A DNA stretch of 64,000 nucleotides, taken from the NCBI GenBank assembly GCA_965262895.1, contig OZ253568.1:3086479-3150478 (forward strand), given 5' to 3'. The translations under genes and the position numbers were made by a program. Positions 9,658-19,327 of the stretch are shown one piece after another. Origin of the DNA: Chloroflexota bacterium. GTDB taxonomy: Bacteria; Chloroflexota; UBA6077; FW602-bin22; JBCLEL01. The stretch's first letter is position 1. Every line of letters begins with the position of its first letter. The notes under the pieces are model-generated. The model worked only from the letters and a program-made list of their open reading frames with translations, was not told the origin of the DNA and ran no database searches.

Positions 9658-10926
9658 GTGGACAACGGACGCAACCCGATGCTGGAGGCGCACGACCTCG
9701 TTTATCGGGTTGAGGCGACCCGCCTGCTTGACCAAGTGAGCCTGAGCGCCGGCCGGGGAGACTTTGTCGGATTGATAGGCGCAAATGGCGCCGGCAAGAC
9801 CACCCTTCTGCGGACGCTATCGGGTCTTCTGCGCGCCCAAGAGGGATCGGTGGTCGTGGAAGGACGCGATCTCGCGCATATGTCGGCCGCTGAAATCGCC
9901 CGTATTCAGGCTCATATGCCCCAGACGACCTCCAACACCTACGGATTCAACGGCTTGGAGATCGTGATGATGGGTCGCTACCCTCATATGAATCGCTTTC
10001 AGGTGGAGGGTTCAGAGGACCGGCGCATCGCATTGGACTCCATGCGTCTGACCGAGACCGAAGCGTTTGTCGACCGTGAGATAAATACCCTCTCCGGCGG
10101 AGAACGCCAACGCGTTTTCCTTGCCAGGGCGTTGGCCCAACAGCCTCGAATCTTGCTGCTCGATGAGCCGACCTCCAACCTGGATATCCAGCACCAACTC
10201 AAAGTTCTTGGCACGATTCGAGCGCTGGTTGCCAAGGGACTGACAGCTATCGCCGCCATTCATGATCTATCGCTAGCGGCGCGCTTCTGTCACCGCCTCA
10301 TCCTGCTGAACGGCGGAAGAATACTGGCTCAAGGAACACCGGAGGAGGTGCTGACACCGGCGAACATCGAGACCGCTTTCAGGGTGCGGGCAGTGGTATT
10401 TCAGGACCCATTTTCAGGTACTCCGACCATCAGCCTATTGGACGAGACTCAACCACTCCCTCCTTCCGAAAGCGACCCGCGAGTCCACGTTGTTTGCGGT
10501 GGCGGAACAGGCGCGCGTTTAATGTATGAGCTCCGGCAGGCAGGTTTCTCGGTAACTGTTGGGCCTCTTGGTGCCGGCGACGCCGACCGAACCGCCGCCG
10601 ATATTTTGGGCATCGATTATGTGTCAGTGCCGGCCTTCAGCGCGATAGACGAGGACGCCCATGCCCAACACCTAGAGATGGTTAACGCGTCCGAGTTCGC
10701 GGTCCTGTGCAACCTGCCAATAGGCTTCAACAACCTATCCAATCTGGAGGCAGTCAGACGTACTAGGCAACTGATATGCCTTGAGACGACCCCGCTCTCT
10801 GAGCGAGACTTCACCGGCGGAGTGGCGCACAGGCTGTATCAGGATCTGTCTCCCGCGGCTCGTTGCCGAACGCCGAAGGAGGTTGTGTCGGCCATTCGGG
10901 AACGGATCGGAGAAGTCAGCAATTAG
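9658..10926 (+). CDS. btuD: ABC transporter ATPase (BtuD/FepC-like) fused to an extra ~150-aa C-terminal domain
   Basis: Walker A GANGAGKTT, signature LSGGERQR, Walker B LLLDEPT. Residues from about 270 (..VHVVCGGGTGARLMYELRQAGF..) form an additional domain I cannot assign. Confidence 0.9.
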   Translation: MDNGRNPMLEAHDLVYRVEATRLLDQVSLSAGRGDFVGLIGANGAGKTTLLRTLSGLLRAQEGSVVVEGRDLAHMSAAEIARIQAHMPQTTSNTYGFNGLEIVMMGRYPHMNRFQVEGSEDRRIALDSMRLTETEAFVDREINTLSGGERQRVFLARALAQQPRILLLDEPTSNLDIQHQLKVLGTIRALVAKGLTAIAAIHDLSLAARFCHRLILLNGGRILAQGTPEEVLTPANIETAFRVRAVVFQDPFSGTPTISLLDETQPLPPSESDPRVHVVCGGGTGARLMYELRQAGFSVTVGPLGAGDADRTAADILGIDYVSVPAFSAIDEDAHAQHLEMVNASEFAVLCNLPIGFNNLSNLEAVRRTRQLICLETTPLSERDFTGGVAHRLYQDLSPAARCRTPKEVVSAIRERIGEVSN

Positions 10927-11054
10927 TCCCTAGGAGCCTGGGAACGACGATGAGCGAAACAAACGATTACCCCAGCCGAATGATCGAAATGCGCGCAATC
11001 TAGCATCCTTCCCGTGATTAGGGCATCAAGACCCAAACCGGCATCGAATTCCAC

Positions 11055-11558
11055 CTACAGAAACCTAGTAGAGGTCATGGCGCCTAATGCAATGAGGGGT
11101 AAGACCGCCGCAACGACAATCATTATCGTCAATCCGCTGCTTGAGCTCTGAGCTTGGCCGCTCAGAACCGGAGTATGGTGAGTTCCCTCTATCGATGATC
11201 CCAACATGACAGTGCGGTTAGAGGCGATCCAAGTGATCAGCCAAGCGATAATGCCGGCGATCGACGCAACAAACCCGATCAAGATGGTCAAACCCCAACT
11301 GGTGCCCACGAATACACTCAGAGTGCCACCAGTCATTCGGAAGGCCATTGTCAGTCCTACTAGTATTGTAATGACAGCACTGATTCCAACCATTGAGCCC
11401 AACGCCCGGGTGACGGCTCGCACGATGGGGTGTTGGTATTCCCTGCCCGAACCCCTGAGTCGCGGCGCCAGTACAAGAGCTCCTAACATCGCCAATCCAA
11501 CCCAAGCTAAACCAAATCCGATATGCAATGTTCGCATTACTAGTATTTCATTGTTCAT
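11055..11558 (-). CDS. small integral membrane protein (4-5 TM), paralog of 12657-13160
   Basis: 167 aa and hydrophobic, with the N-terminal motif MRTLHIGFGLAWVG shared with its paralog. Confidence 0.65.
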   Translation of the reverse strand: MNNEILVMRTLHIGFGLAWVGLAMLGALVLAPRLRGSGREYQHPIVRAVTRALGSMVGISAVITILVGLTMAFRMTGGTLSVFVGTSWGLTILIGFVASIAGIIAWLITWIASNRTVMLGSSIEGTHHTPVLSGQAQSSSSGLTIMIVVAAVLPLIALGAMTSTRFL

Positions 11559-11849
11559 GGACTCTCATCCCTTTCATTCTTATGCGATCACAAGCTCTTG
11601 CTCCCTACACGTTTGAGTGAGAGCAAAGACGGTCTGGTGAAGAAATTAGAACATCAACTTCTTCATCCGCAAAAAAAGTGTACACCCGTTGCGGCCGGAA
11701 AACAGGAGATTAGCTGAGTGTTCACAGTCAGCGATTAAGATTCTATTGACAGGCTGGTGTACGCCATCCCGCCGCTCACGTAAGGGACGACGGTCGCCGA
11801 TTCTCAGCCCGCGCAATCGACCCACATCTGAGGCGTACTCCAATGATGG

Positions 11850-12650
11850 TCCGCGAATCCAAGTTGTTTGGGGCGGCGGAATTCGCTCACGTTTAATGCC
11901 AGAACTGAAGCCAGCCTGATGTTCCTTGATTGCTGGTTCCATCTGCGGTGACCACTTGGATCGAGTTGACCGGTCGGCAGCCGATAATTCGGGCATCTAT
12001 CGCATGTGGGTGCCTGCCTCGAGTGCGATGGACTACGATTACCACGCCCATCACCTGGAGATCGTGAGTTTGCCCGCGCTCCTGGGTAAGTGTTCAGATC
12101 TAGGGATACCTGCTCCGTATGGGCGTAATATCGCACCAAAGAGCATCTACCACAGGCGAGGATGTCTGATCGGCGAAAGCCAGGGAAAGGATTGCAAGGC
12201 CGAAGCCCTTGACGGGGGATGTGGGGGTGTCCCCCACAACAAATGTCCCCCTCCTCCTGGCCAGAGGCTGTCTCATAACTCTGTGTGAGGTACGAAATAC
12301 GGCGGGACCTTCTCATCATGACCTAGTTAACGGTTCATTATTGATGAAATCGACCAAATACGAAGGTCGGAATTGCGCTTATCGCTGCCCTTTGGACTTG
12401 TGAGACAGCCTCGGCCAGGAGAAGGGGGACGAGGTCGACCAACTCGTGGAACTGACATCGATTCGTTGGAAATCACCGCTTGAGCGCCGACCGAGGTCCC
12501 AAATGGCGACTCGGCCTTTCCAGTTCACGGGCATCGAGGAGAGAAATACACCCAAATCTGAACCGTTGCGCTCTTGGTGTTATGTTACCCGAATGTCGCA
12601 ATAGGGCAGGTGCCGGCAATCGGGGAATTCAGCGCCAGCGCGTCATCGCG
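11850..12650 (+). pseudogene. Decayed stand-alone copy of the BtuD C-terminal extra domain, split by MITE copy 2
   Basis: GPRIQVVWGGGIRSRLMPELKPA*CSLIAGSICGDHLDRVDRSAADNSGIYRMWVPASSAMDYDYHAHHLEIV aligns to DPRVHVVCGGGTGARLMYELRQAGFSVTVGPLGAGDADRTAADILGIDYVSVPAFSAIDEDAHAQHLEMV. It has an in-frame TGA at 11917-11919. The reading frame resumes after the MITE (LLVLCYPNVAIG ~ FAVLCNLPIGF). Confidence 0.55.
12086..12569. mobile_element. MITE copy 2 (IS66-like ends, carries nested insertion in opposite core orientation)
   Basis: Ends GTAAGTGTTCAGATCT... and ...AAATCTGAACCGTTGC. 8-bp target duplication GCTCCTGG (12078-12085) / GCTCTTGG (12570-12577). Confidence 0.75.
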
Positions 12651-12656
12651 TTTTAG

Positions 12657-13160
12657 CTACACGAACCTTGCAACAGCCATTGAGAATACGCCGATGAACA
12701 CTAGGACCGCTGTAACGTGGCCCAAACTCGCCGTCCGGTTGCTGAAGGTCTGCAATTGCATAATGTCTTCCTGCGTCGACGGGCTCTCCTCGATAGATGC
12801 GCCCAATGCCGCGGCTCGATTTGCCGCGTTACTCAACGCCAGACCGGAGATGAACCCGGCAACAGATACCACGAACCCAACTAAGATAGCCCAACCCCAG
12901 CCGGTGTTCACGAATAGGTTCAGGTTGCCCCCACTGTGTCGGATGGCCATAGCCAGGCCGACCAGGATCGTGACGACCGCGCTGATGCCAAGCAACCGTC
13001 CTATCACGCGCGCGATTACATGCATCACCGGGCGCTGATAGTCGGGGCCCAACTCACGCAGACGCCGTCCTAGCATTAGAATGACAGACAGTGCGGCACC
13101 GGCCCATAATACGCCAAAGCCTATGTGGAGAATCCGCATCACTACCATCTCAAAATTCAT
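12657..13160 (-). CDS. small integral membrane protein, paralog of 11055-11558
   Basis: 167 aa, same length and topology as the paralog, with MRILHIGFGVLWAG at the N-terminus. Confidence 0.65.
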   Translation of the reverse strand: MNFEMVVMRILHIGFGVLWAGAALSVILMLGRRLRELGPDYQRPVMHVIARVIGRLLGISAVVTILVGLAMAIRHSGGNLNLFVNTGWGWAILVGFVVSVAGFISGLALSNAANRAAALGASIEESPSTQEDIMQLQTFSNRTASLGHVTAVLVFIGVFSMAVARFV

Positions 13161-13322
13161 CGACTCTCATTCCTCCCACCTATATTCGGTCAAGGACCCT
13201 TGGTCTCAATCCGCTCCCTGATGCGGCGGAAACCGCGTTGGTGACGGATTGTTTCGCTTCACTCACAACAATTATCCTATACCATATTTCGAGGTAAAAG
13301 GTGAGGATTGTCCAGAGGAGCT

Positions 13323-14396
13323 ATGAACGGCGAACAAGAGTTTCTGAACGATTTGGTGACCTCTATCCGGCCGCTGGATCGAGCGGCGATGGCCGCCGCA
13401 AGACAGCGCCAAAATAATCTCACCAAGCCGGCTGGCAGCCTCGGCCGGCTGGAGGAGTTGGCGATCTGGATGGCCGGAGTTACCGGCGAGTTGACCCCGG
13501 CGACCGAGCCGCGCACCGTAATCGTGATGGCCGGCGATCACGGCGTCACGAGTGAGGGCGTCAGCGCCTACCCGTCGGAGGTCACACCCCAGATGGTGAT
13601 GAACTTTCTTGGCGGAGGTGCTGCTATCAATGTGCTGGCAGACCAGGCCCGGGCCAGAGTCTTGGTCGTAGACCTCGGCGTGGCGACCGAAATGGGTGAG
13701 GTGTCTGGGCTGGTGGCTCGCAAAGTCGGTCCCGGCACCGCGAACATCGCCGTCGGACCGGCTATGAGCCGGCCGCAGGCTCTGAAGGCGCTCAGGATTG
13801 GCGCCGAGTTGGCCGAATCGGAGATTGCAGCCGGCGCGCGGTTGCTGGCAACCGGCGAGATGGGCATAGGCAATACTACTCCCGCAAGCGCGTTGATCTG
13901 TGCGCTAACCGACACCGTGCCAGAGGTTATTGTGGGGCGCGGCACCGGCTTGGATGATGCCGGTCTAGCGCACAAGCGGAAGGTCGTCGGTAGAGCATTA
14001 GCCTCAAACCGGTCCGCGTTGACCGATCCGGTCGATGCGTTGGCGGCTATCGGCGGCTACGAGATCGCCGGAATGGTTGGGTCGATTCTGGCCGGCGCTG
14101 CCAGACGCCGGCCGGTCGTGTTGGACGGTTTCATCGCAGGCGCCGCCGCGTTAGTTGCCGCGAGGATAGCTCCGACAGCCCGCAACTATATGGTGGCCGG
14201 TCATCTATCGGCAGAGCCGGGCCACCTCGTCGCGTTGAATGCACTGGAGTTGCAACCTCTACTTAACCTCAGCTTGCGGCTAGGTGAAGGAACCGGCGCC
14301 GTTCTCGCCTTCCATCTTATCGACGCTGCAACGCGTATTATGGCCGAAATGGCCACCTTTTCAGAGGCAAGTATCAGTAGAGCAGTCGAGCGCTGA
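13323..14396 (+). CDS. cobT: nicotinate-nucleotide--dimethylbenzimidazole phosphoribosyltransferase
   Basis: ..VMAGDHGV.., ..GEMGIGNTT.., ..LRLGEGTGA.. motifs. The ATG at 13323, with a GAGGAG RBS, is preferred over the TTG at 13308. Confidence 0.9.
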   Translation: MNGEQEFLNDLVTSIRPLDRAAMAAARQRQNNLTKPAGSLGRLEELAIWMAGVTGELTPATEPRTVIVMAGDHGVTSEGVSAYPSEVTPQMVMNFLGGGAAINVLADQARARVLVVDLGVATEMGEVSGLVARKVGPGTANIAVGPAMSRPQALKALRIGAELAESEIAAGARLLATGEMGIGNTTPASALICALTDTVPEVIVGRGTGLDDAGLAHKRKVVGRALASNRSALTDPVDALAAIGGYEIAGMVGSILAGAARRRPVVLDGFIAGAAALVAARIAPTARNYMVAGHLSAEPGHLVALNALELQPLLNLSLRLGEGTGAVLAFHLIDAATRIMAEMATFSEASISRAVER

Positions 14397-14402
14397 AGTC
14401 AG

Positions 14403-15203
14403 ATGCGACCACCGAGAACTGGATTTATCGGTTCTTTCAACCTATTTCGCTCGTTGGTGGTCGCACTGCAATTCCTCACCTTGTTTCCAGTCCGAGCTCG
14501 TGGGCCGTTGGCACCAGGAGAGCTGGGACGATCTCTCATCTTTTTTCCCGTGATCGGCGCTGTGATTGGTGGGATTATGGCGCTGGTCGGCTCTACGTTA
14601 ACGACGATCGCACCTCCCTTATTGACGGCCGCCATTATCGTTGCGCTAGGTTTGGCCCTTACCGGCGTATTGCACTTCGATGGGCTTCTCGACACGGTAG
14701 ATGGACTCTTCGGAGGCGTTCATTTAGAGGATCGACTGGCGATCATGCGCGACAGTCGCGTCGGCAGCTTTGCTCTGGCGGCCGGCATTTGCGATGTGCT
14801 GTTTAGGTTAGTCACAGTTAACATCTTGGTCGACTCCGGCGCATTGGGAGGCCTTTTAATGGCCGCAACGGGCTCTAGATGCGCGATGGTCTATGCGGTT
14901 GTTGCGTTTAAGCCGGCCCGCGACTCTGGCTTCAGCTCCGACTTCAGGGTCGGCACGAACGCCTTGACGGTCGTCCTGGCGGCCCTGATAGCGTTGGTCG
15001 TGGGATACGCGGCTGTTGGGCCGGCAAGTTTGGTCCTGATGGCCTGCGCTTTCACATTGACTCACTTTGCCGGCATGCTCGCCGTCAGCAAGGTCGGTGG
15101 CCTTACTGGGGATGTATATGGCGCTGTCAACGAGATCGTCGAGGTTGTAATCCTCATAGCGCTTGCGCTCTGGTGGCCGTCAGTTTCAGGTCTTCTAGGC
15201 TAA
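14403..15203 (+). CDS. cobS: adenosylcobinamide-GDP ribazoletransferase (cobalamin synthase)
   Basis: 266-aa polytopic protein with LQFLTLFPV near the N-terminus and ..HFDGLLDTVDGL.. Confidence 0.9.
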   Translation: MRPPRTGFIGSFNLFRSLVVALQFLTLFPVRARGPLAPGELGRSLIFFPVIGAVIGGIMALVGSTLTTIAPPLLTAAIIVALGLALTGVLHFDGLLDTVDGLFGGVHLEDRLAIMRDSRVGSFALAAGICDVLFRLVTVNILVDSGALGGLLMAATGSRCAMVYAVVAFKPARDSGFSSDFRVGTNALTVVLAALIALVVGYAAVGPASLVLMACAFTLTHFAGMLAVSKVGGLTGDVYGAVNEIVEVVILIALALWWPSVSGLLG

Positions 15204-15229
15204 TGTCTTCAGAATGGAGATGACCCGGT

Positions 15230-16252
15230 TTGAAAGAGGCTTCGTCTTACCCGGATCGTTCGATGGTGCTGCTGCTTGCGCTGGCGTTCGATTGGATATG
15301 GCGCGAGCCACCTGCCTGGGCGCATCCGGTCGTTTGGCTCGGAAAGCTAGTCGACCTTCTGGTGCCGGCCGAGAGCTCAACATCGGTGACTGACCGGGAC
15401 CACATCGCCCAGCTCGTCCAAGGCGCCTTCATTTGGGCACTGACCGTGCTCACCGCCTATCTCATTGCACGAGTCGTCGAACTGGCAATCCGGCGGCTGC
15501 CGGGGCCATTGGGACTGCTGGCCGGCGCGATTGTGTTGAAGCCGTCCTTCGCCGTACAGGGCCTCATCGAGGCATCAACGATCGTCGAGAGTCGTCTCCG
15601 CGCGGGCGATATGGCCGGCGCACGTGCCTCGCTAACCACTTTGGTCAGTCGCGATGTTGCCGCGCTGGACCAGCCCCTGGTAGCCGCCGGCGCTATAGAA
15701 TCACTCGCCGAAAACCTGAACGACTCGTTCGTAGCGCCGGCCAGCTACTTTCTAATGTTCGGCCTACCCGGCGCATTTGCCTATCGAGCCGCCAACACGC
15801 TCGACTCGATGATCGGCTATCGGGGACGGTACGAGTATCTGGGTAAAATCTCCGCTCGAGCAGATGATCTCGCCAATCTGGTTACATCCCGAATGACCGC
15901 CGTTCTGATCGTCGGAGCGGCGGCGCTCAATCGCTTGGACTGGCCCAAATCTCTGCTAATCTCCCTACGCGACCATCGACTGACGGCAAGCCCTAATGCC
16001 GGCTGGCCGATGGCCGCGATGGCGGGCGCTTTAAATGTGCAGCTAGAGAAGCCGGACGACTACCGGCTTGGTGCTGAGTTCGGTCGACCGGAGCCGGCCG
16101 ACATCAACCGAGCCGCCCGGGTCGCCCGATCGGCCGTCTGGCTTTGTTGGGCGTTGGCCGCCGTAGCTGCCCTCGCTTTCAAGCTGCGCAAGTTCTTTCG
16201 CGTGAATTCTTCGCTTAGTACTAAGGCCGCGGGAGTGGTAAGGCGTGGGTGA
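15230..16252 (+). CDS. cbiB: adenosylcobinamide-phosphate synthase
   Basis: ..DWIWREPPAWAHPVVWLGK.. and ..DSMIGYR.. motifs. The start could instead be the ATG at 15263. Confidence 0.9.
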   Translation: MKEASSYPDRSMVLLLALAFDWIWREPPAWAHPVVWLGKLVDLLVPAESSTSVTDRDHIAQLVQGAFIWALTVLTAYLIARVVELAIRRLPGPLGLLAGAIVLKPSFAVQGLIEASTIVESRLRAGDMAGARASLTTLVSRDVAALDQPLVAAGAIESLAENLNDSFVAPASYFLMFGLPGAFAYRAANTLDSMIGYRGRYEYLGKISARADDLANLVTSRMTAVLIVGAAALNRLDWPKSLLISLRDHRLTASPNAGWPMAAMAGALNVQLEKPDDYRLGAEFGRPEPADINRAARVARSAVWLCWALAAVAALAFKLRKFFRVNSSLSTKAAGVVRRG

Positions 16253-17324
16253 GGACGGCGGCGGTCCCGGCCCGGTCCCTCATGGCAGCATCAGCGAGGC
16301 TGAGCTGACAACTTACGGGCTGACTATCGACCAGGTTATCGATTTCAGCGTAAACACTCACCCGCTTGGCCCCTCGGAAAACGTGCGTGCCGCTCTCGCT
16401 GGTCTATCCATAGATCGCTATCCGGAAGACGGAACACCCAGGCTCCGCCAGGTACTTGCCGATCGGCAAGAGAGACCGCCCGATTGGATCGCTGCCGGCA
16501 ACGGCTCTATCGACCTGATTTGGCAGTTGGCGCTCGCATCACTGGCGCCGGGAAAAAAGGCTCTCGTTGTAGGACCCACTTTCGGCGAATATCAGCGGGC
16601 GATCCGGGCGGCCGGCGGACAGCCGGTGATTTATTGCGCTGATAGATCCTGCGATTTCTCTCCCGATCTGGCGGATGTGATCCGGATTGCCGATGAAGAA
16701 CGGCCTTCGCTTATATTTATCTGCAATCCGAATAACCCGACCGGCCATCTGCTCTCCAGCGCCCAGCTTGCAAGAATTGTTGAAGCGGCGCCGACGGCCC
16801 GATTGGTCGTCGATGAGGCATACATGTCTTTCGTCGATTCAGAAATCTCAGCGTCGGCCGACATTGCTCTGTTAGTAGAGGCCGGCCGAGCGATAATTCT
16901 GCGCTCGCTTACTAAGGATTGCGCGATCGCCGGCCTGCGCTTGGGTTACGCCGTCGCACGACCGGAGATCATCAGTGCGCTGGACGCTGTGCGACCGCCT
17001 TGGAACGTGAACGCGGCCGCAGTTGCCGCCGGTCTGGCCGCGCTGTCCGATGGCGATCACCTGGCCCAAGGTAGGGCAGTCGTAGAAGAGGCTCGGTCAT
17101 ACTTGACCAGCGAATTGAGCCGGCTTGGATACAAGGTCTGGCCGTCCGTAGCCAATTTCTTAATGGTCGAGGTCGGCGATGGTTCCGGCCTGCGCCACCG
17201 GCTTATAGGGCGCGGACTGGTCGTCCGCGACTGCGCTTCCTTTGGCCTGCCCGAATGCATCCGCATAGGTATGAAGCCGCTGCGAGATTGTCGACGACTG
17301 ATCGAGGCCCTGGTCGATGCCTGA
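16245..17324 (+). CDS. cobD: threonine-phosphate decarboxylase (class I/II aminotransferase fold)
   Basis: ..ICNPNNPTG.. and ..SLTKDCAIAGLRLGY.. (PLP lysine context). Positioned between cbiB and cobQ. Confidence 0.8.
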   Translation: MGEDGGGPGPVPHGSISEAELTTYGLTIDQVIDFSVNTHPLGPSENVRAALAGLSIDRYPEDGTPRLRQVLADRQERPPDWIAAGNGSIDLIWQLALASLAPGKKALVVGPTFGEYQRAIRAAGGQPVIYCADRSCDFSPDLADVIRIADEERPSLIFICNPNNPTGHLLSSAQLARIVEAAPTARLVVDEAYMSFVDSEISASADIALLVEAGRAIILRSLTKDCAIAGLRLGYAVARPEIISALDAVRPPWNVNAAAVAAGLAALSDGDHLAQGRAVVEEARSYLTSELSRLGYKVWPSVANFLMVEVGDGSGLRHRLIGRGLVVRDCASFGLPECIRIGMKPLRDCRRLIEALVDA

Positions 17325-18852
17325 AACACCCGTCCTGATGGTCCAAGGTACTGCCTCCGGCGTCGGCAAGAGCCTGATAGTGACCGGCCTCTGTCGTCTT
17401 CTCCACCAAATGGGTCACAGGGTCGCGCCGTTCAAGGCGCAGAACATGTCGAACAATTCCTTCGTCACCGCCGACGGGTACGAAATCGCGCGATCGACCG
17501 CAGTGCAGGCTGAGGCAGCCTGCATAGAGCCGACTCAGTACATGAATCCCCTGCTGCTCAAGCCGGAGGCCGATAGCAGCTCGCAGGTGGTTGTCTTGGG
17601 AAGACCGATCGGATCTCTCTCCGCTCGCGGCTACTACCGACGCAAAATAGACCTTTGGCCAAAGGTTACCGAGGCATTGGCCCGACTCCGGGGCGAGTTC
17701 GACGTAATAGTCGCCGAAGGCGCCGGCAGTCCAGCCGAGATCAATCTCCGCGAACACGACGTGGTGAACATGCATCTCGCCCTTCATGCCGGGGCGTCGG
17801 TATTGTTGGTCGGAGATATTGACCGGGGAGGCATCTTCGCGCAGCTTCTGGGAACACTGGACCTGCTGAGCAGTGAAGAGCGGGGGCTCGTTCAAGGGCT
17901 TGTAGTCAACCGGTTCCGCGGAGACCCATCGCTTTTCGACGAAGGTGTGGACATCCTCGAGCGTCGATCCGGCAAGCCAGTAATCGGTGTAGTGCCCTAT
18001 GTGCCCGATCTCGCAATAGCCCAGGAGGACTCGGTCGGCCTCGAGGACCGACGCTCTCGCGCCGGCCCTACTCGTCCGGATGCCAATGAACTCGACATCA
18101 TCGTCATTCGACTACCGCGCATCTCCAACTTCGACGACTTCGATCCATTGGATCGCGAGCCCGGCGTCCAAGTGCGTTACGTCGATTCTCCTCGGTCGTT
18201 TGGCCGCCCCGACCTGGTCATCTTGCCCGGCACCAAGACGACGGTGAGCGATCTGAACGCCATCCGAGCCAATGGACTGGCCGGCGCAATAGTCGCTGCC
18301 GCCTCGGCCGGAGTTCCAGTAATAGGCATTTGTGGCGGTTACCAAATGCTCGGCCGGCTTATCCGCGATCCGCTGACAGTGGAATCATCGGAGTCGATGG
18401 TCGAAGGACTGGCCCTATTACCTGTTGAGACCGTCTTTTCCCATGAGAAGCGAACCACCAGGGCTCAGGCCCGCGTCGTTGCCCGGAAAGGCCCCCTGGC
18501 CGGTGCCCACGGCAAACCAATCGCCGGCTACGAAATACACATGGGACGTTCGACTGGTGCCGGTGAGGCGCCCTTTCAGATCACTCGCCGGCTGGACCGC
18601 CCGGTCGATGAGCCGGATGGCGCGTCTGCAAGCGACGGGCTCGTCACGGGTACCTACCTGCATGGCCTGTTCGCGAACGAGCCGATTCGGCGCAGCATAC
18701 TGGACTGGCTCCGGTCATCCAGACCAATGCCGGCGCCGACCATACTGGCGCCGGCCGTCGATCCCTACGATCGCTGGGCCGACGTGCTGCGCCGAACGTT
18801 GGACTTGGAGCAGATCAATCAGTTCATTGAGGAACTGGGTGTGAACCCTTGA
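17317..18852 (+). CDS. cobQ: cobyric acid synthase
   Basis: 511 aa. N-terminal GTASGVGKS P-loop and a C-terminal GATase (..GICGGYQMLG..). Confidence 0.9.
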   Translation: MPETPVLMVQGTASGVGKSLIVTGLCRLLHQMGHRVAPFKAQNMSNNSFVTADGYEIARSTAVQAEAACIEPTQYMNPLLLKPEADSSSQVVVLGRPIGSLSARGYYRRKIDLWPKVTEALARLRGEFDVIVAEGAGSPAEINLREHDVVNMHLALHAGASVLLVGDIDRGGIFAQLLGTLDLLSSEERGLVQGLVVNRFRGDPSLFDEGVDILERRSGKPVIGVVPYVPDLAIAQEDSVGLEDRRSRAGPTRPDANELDIIVIRLPRISNFDDFDPLDREPGVQVRYVDSPRSFGRPDLVILPGTKTTVSDLNAIRANGLAGAIVAAASAGVPVIGICGGYQMLGRLIRDPLTVESSESMVEGLALLPVETVFSHEKRTTRAQARVVARKGPLAGAHGKPIAGYEIHMGRSTGAGEAPFQITRRLDRPVDEPDGASASDGLVTGTYLHGLFANEPIRRSILDWLRSSRPMPAPTILAPAVDPYDRWADVLRRTLDLEQINQFIEELGVNP

Positions 18853-18899
18853 GATCACAGTGATGGCAGGTAAACGCACTCGTCGTCAGATTGCCACGA

Positions 18900-19130
18900 A
18901 AATAGATGGTTCCCGTCACGCCCGCAGGCCCCGGCCAAAACTGTAGCGCGTTAGCTTTTCCCACGCTTGATCCCCGTCACGCCCGTGGGTCGCGGCCAAT
19001 CCAGCGAGCCCGGTCATTCCGGCGAAGGCCGGAATCCAGGGGAGGTATGGGTGTCGCCGGTTTTCATACCGTGGTGTGCCGGAGGCAACCGGCATGGGCG
19101 ATTGCAACGGAACTGACAAGAGCGGTGAGG
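18900..19130. repeat. REP-like hairpin cluster (G, G, C, B)
   Basis: Contains GATGGTTCCCGTCACGCCCGC, GATCCCCGTCACGCCCGT, GTCATTCCGGCGAAGGCCGGAATCCAGGGGAGG and TTTTCATACCGTGGTGTGCCGGAGGCAACCGGCATGGGCGATTGC. Confidence 0.7.
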
Positions 19131-19327
19131 CATCAGAGTAAGATTGATCCCGGCAGGACATTGGGCCAGTGTCAGATCCCCAAGGCCACGAGTGAACTGC
19201 AATTCGTCCGGATAAATTCCTGATTCGTTCTGCGCCGCGTCGTTGGCGTCGCTTGACAACGTGCAGTGCTGTCTCGACAATGGCGCCCGTTGGCGGCATG
19301 TCCTTCTGTTGCTCTTGGCAGAAAGGA

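Noticed and set aside
11917-11919. In-frame TGA in the duplicated ATPase C-domain, considered as a second selenocysteine codon
   Set aside because: It aligns with Gly/Phe of the intact paralog rather than a redox Cys. There is no CxxU context or downstream hairpin. The gene is additionally split by a MITE and truncated.
17203-17895. Long antisense ORFs inside well-supported genes (17203-17895, 24931-25551, 27950-28744, 4831-5484, 8438-9073, 39508-40164, 61801-62391)
   Set aside because: Each is a shadow ORF opposite a gene with clear family motifs in GC-rich DNA. None has recognisable motifs or independent start signals.
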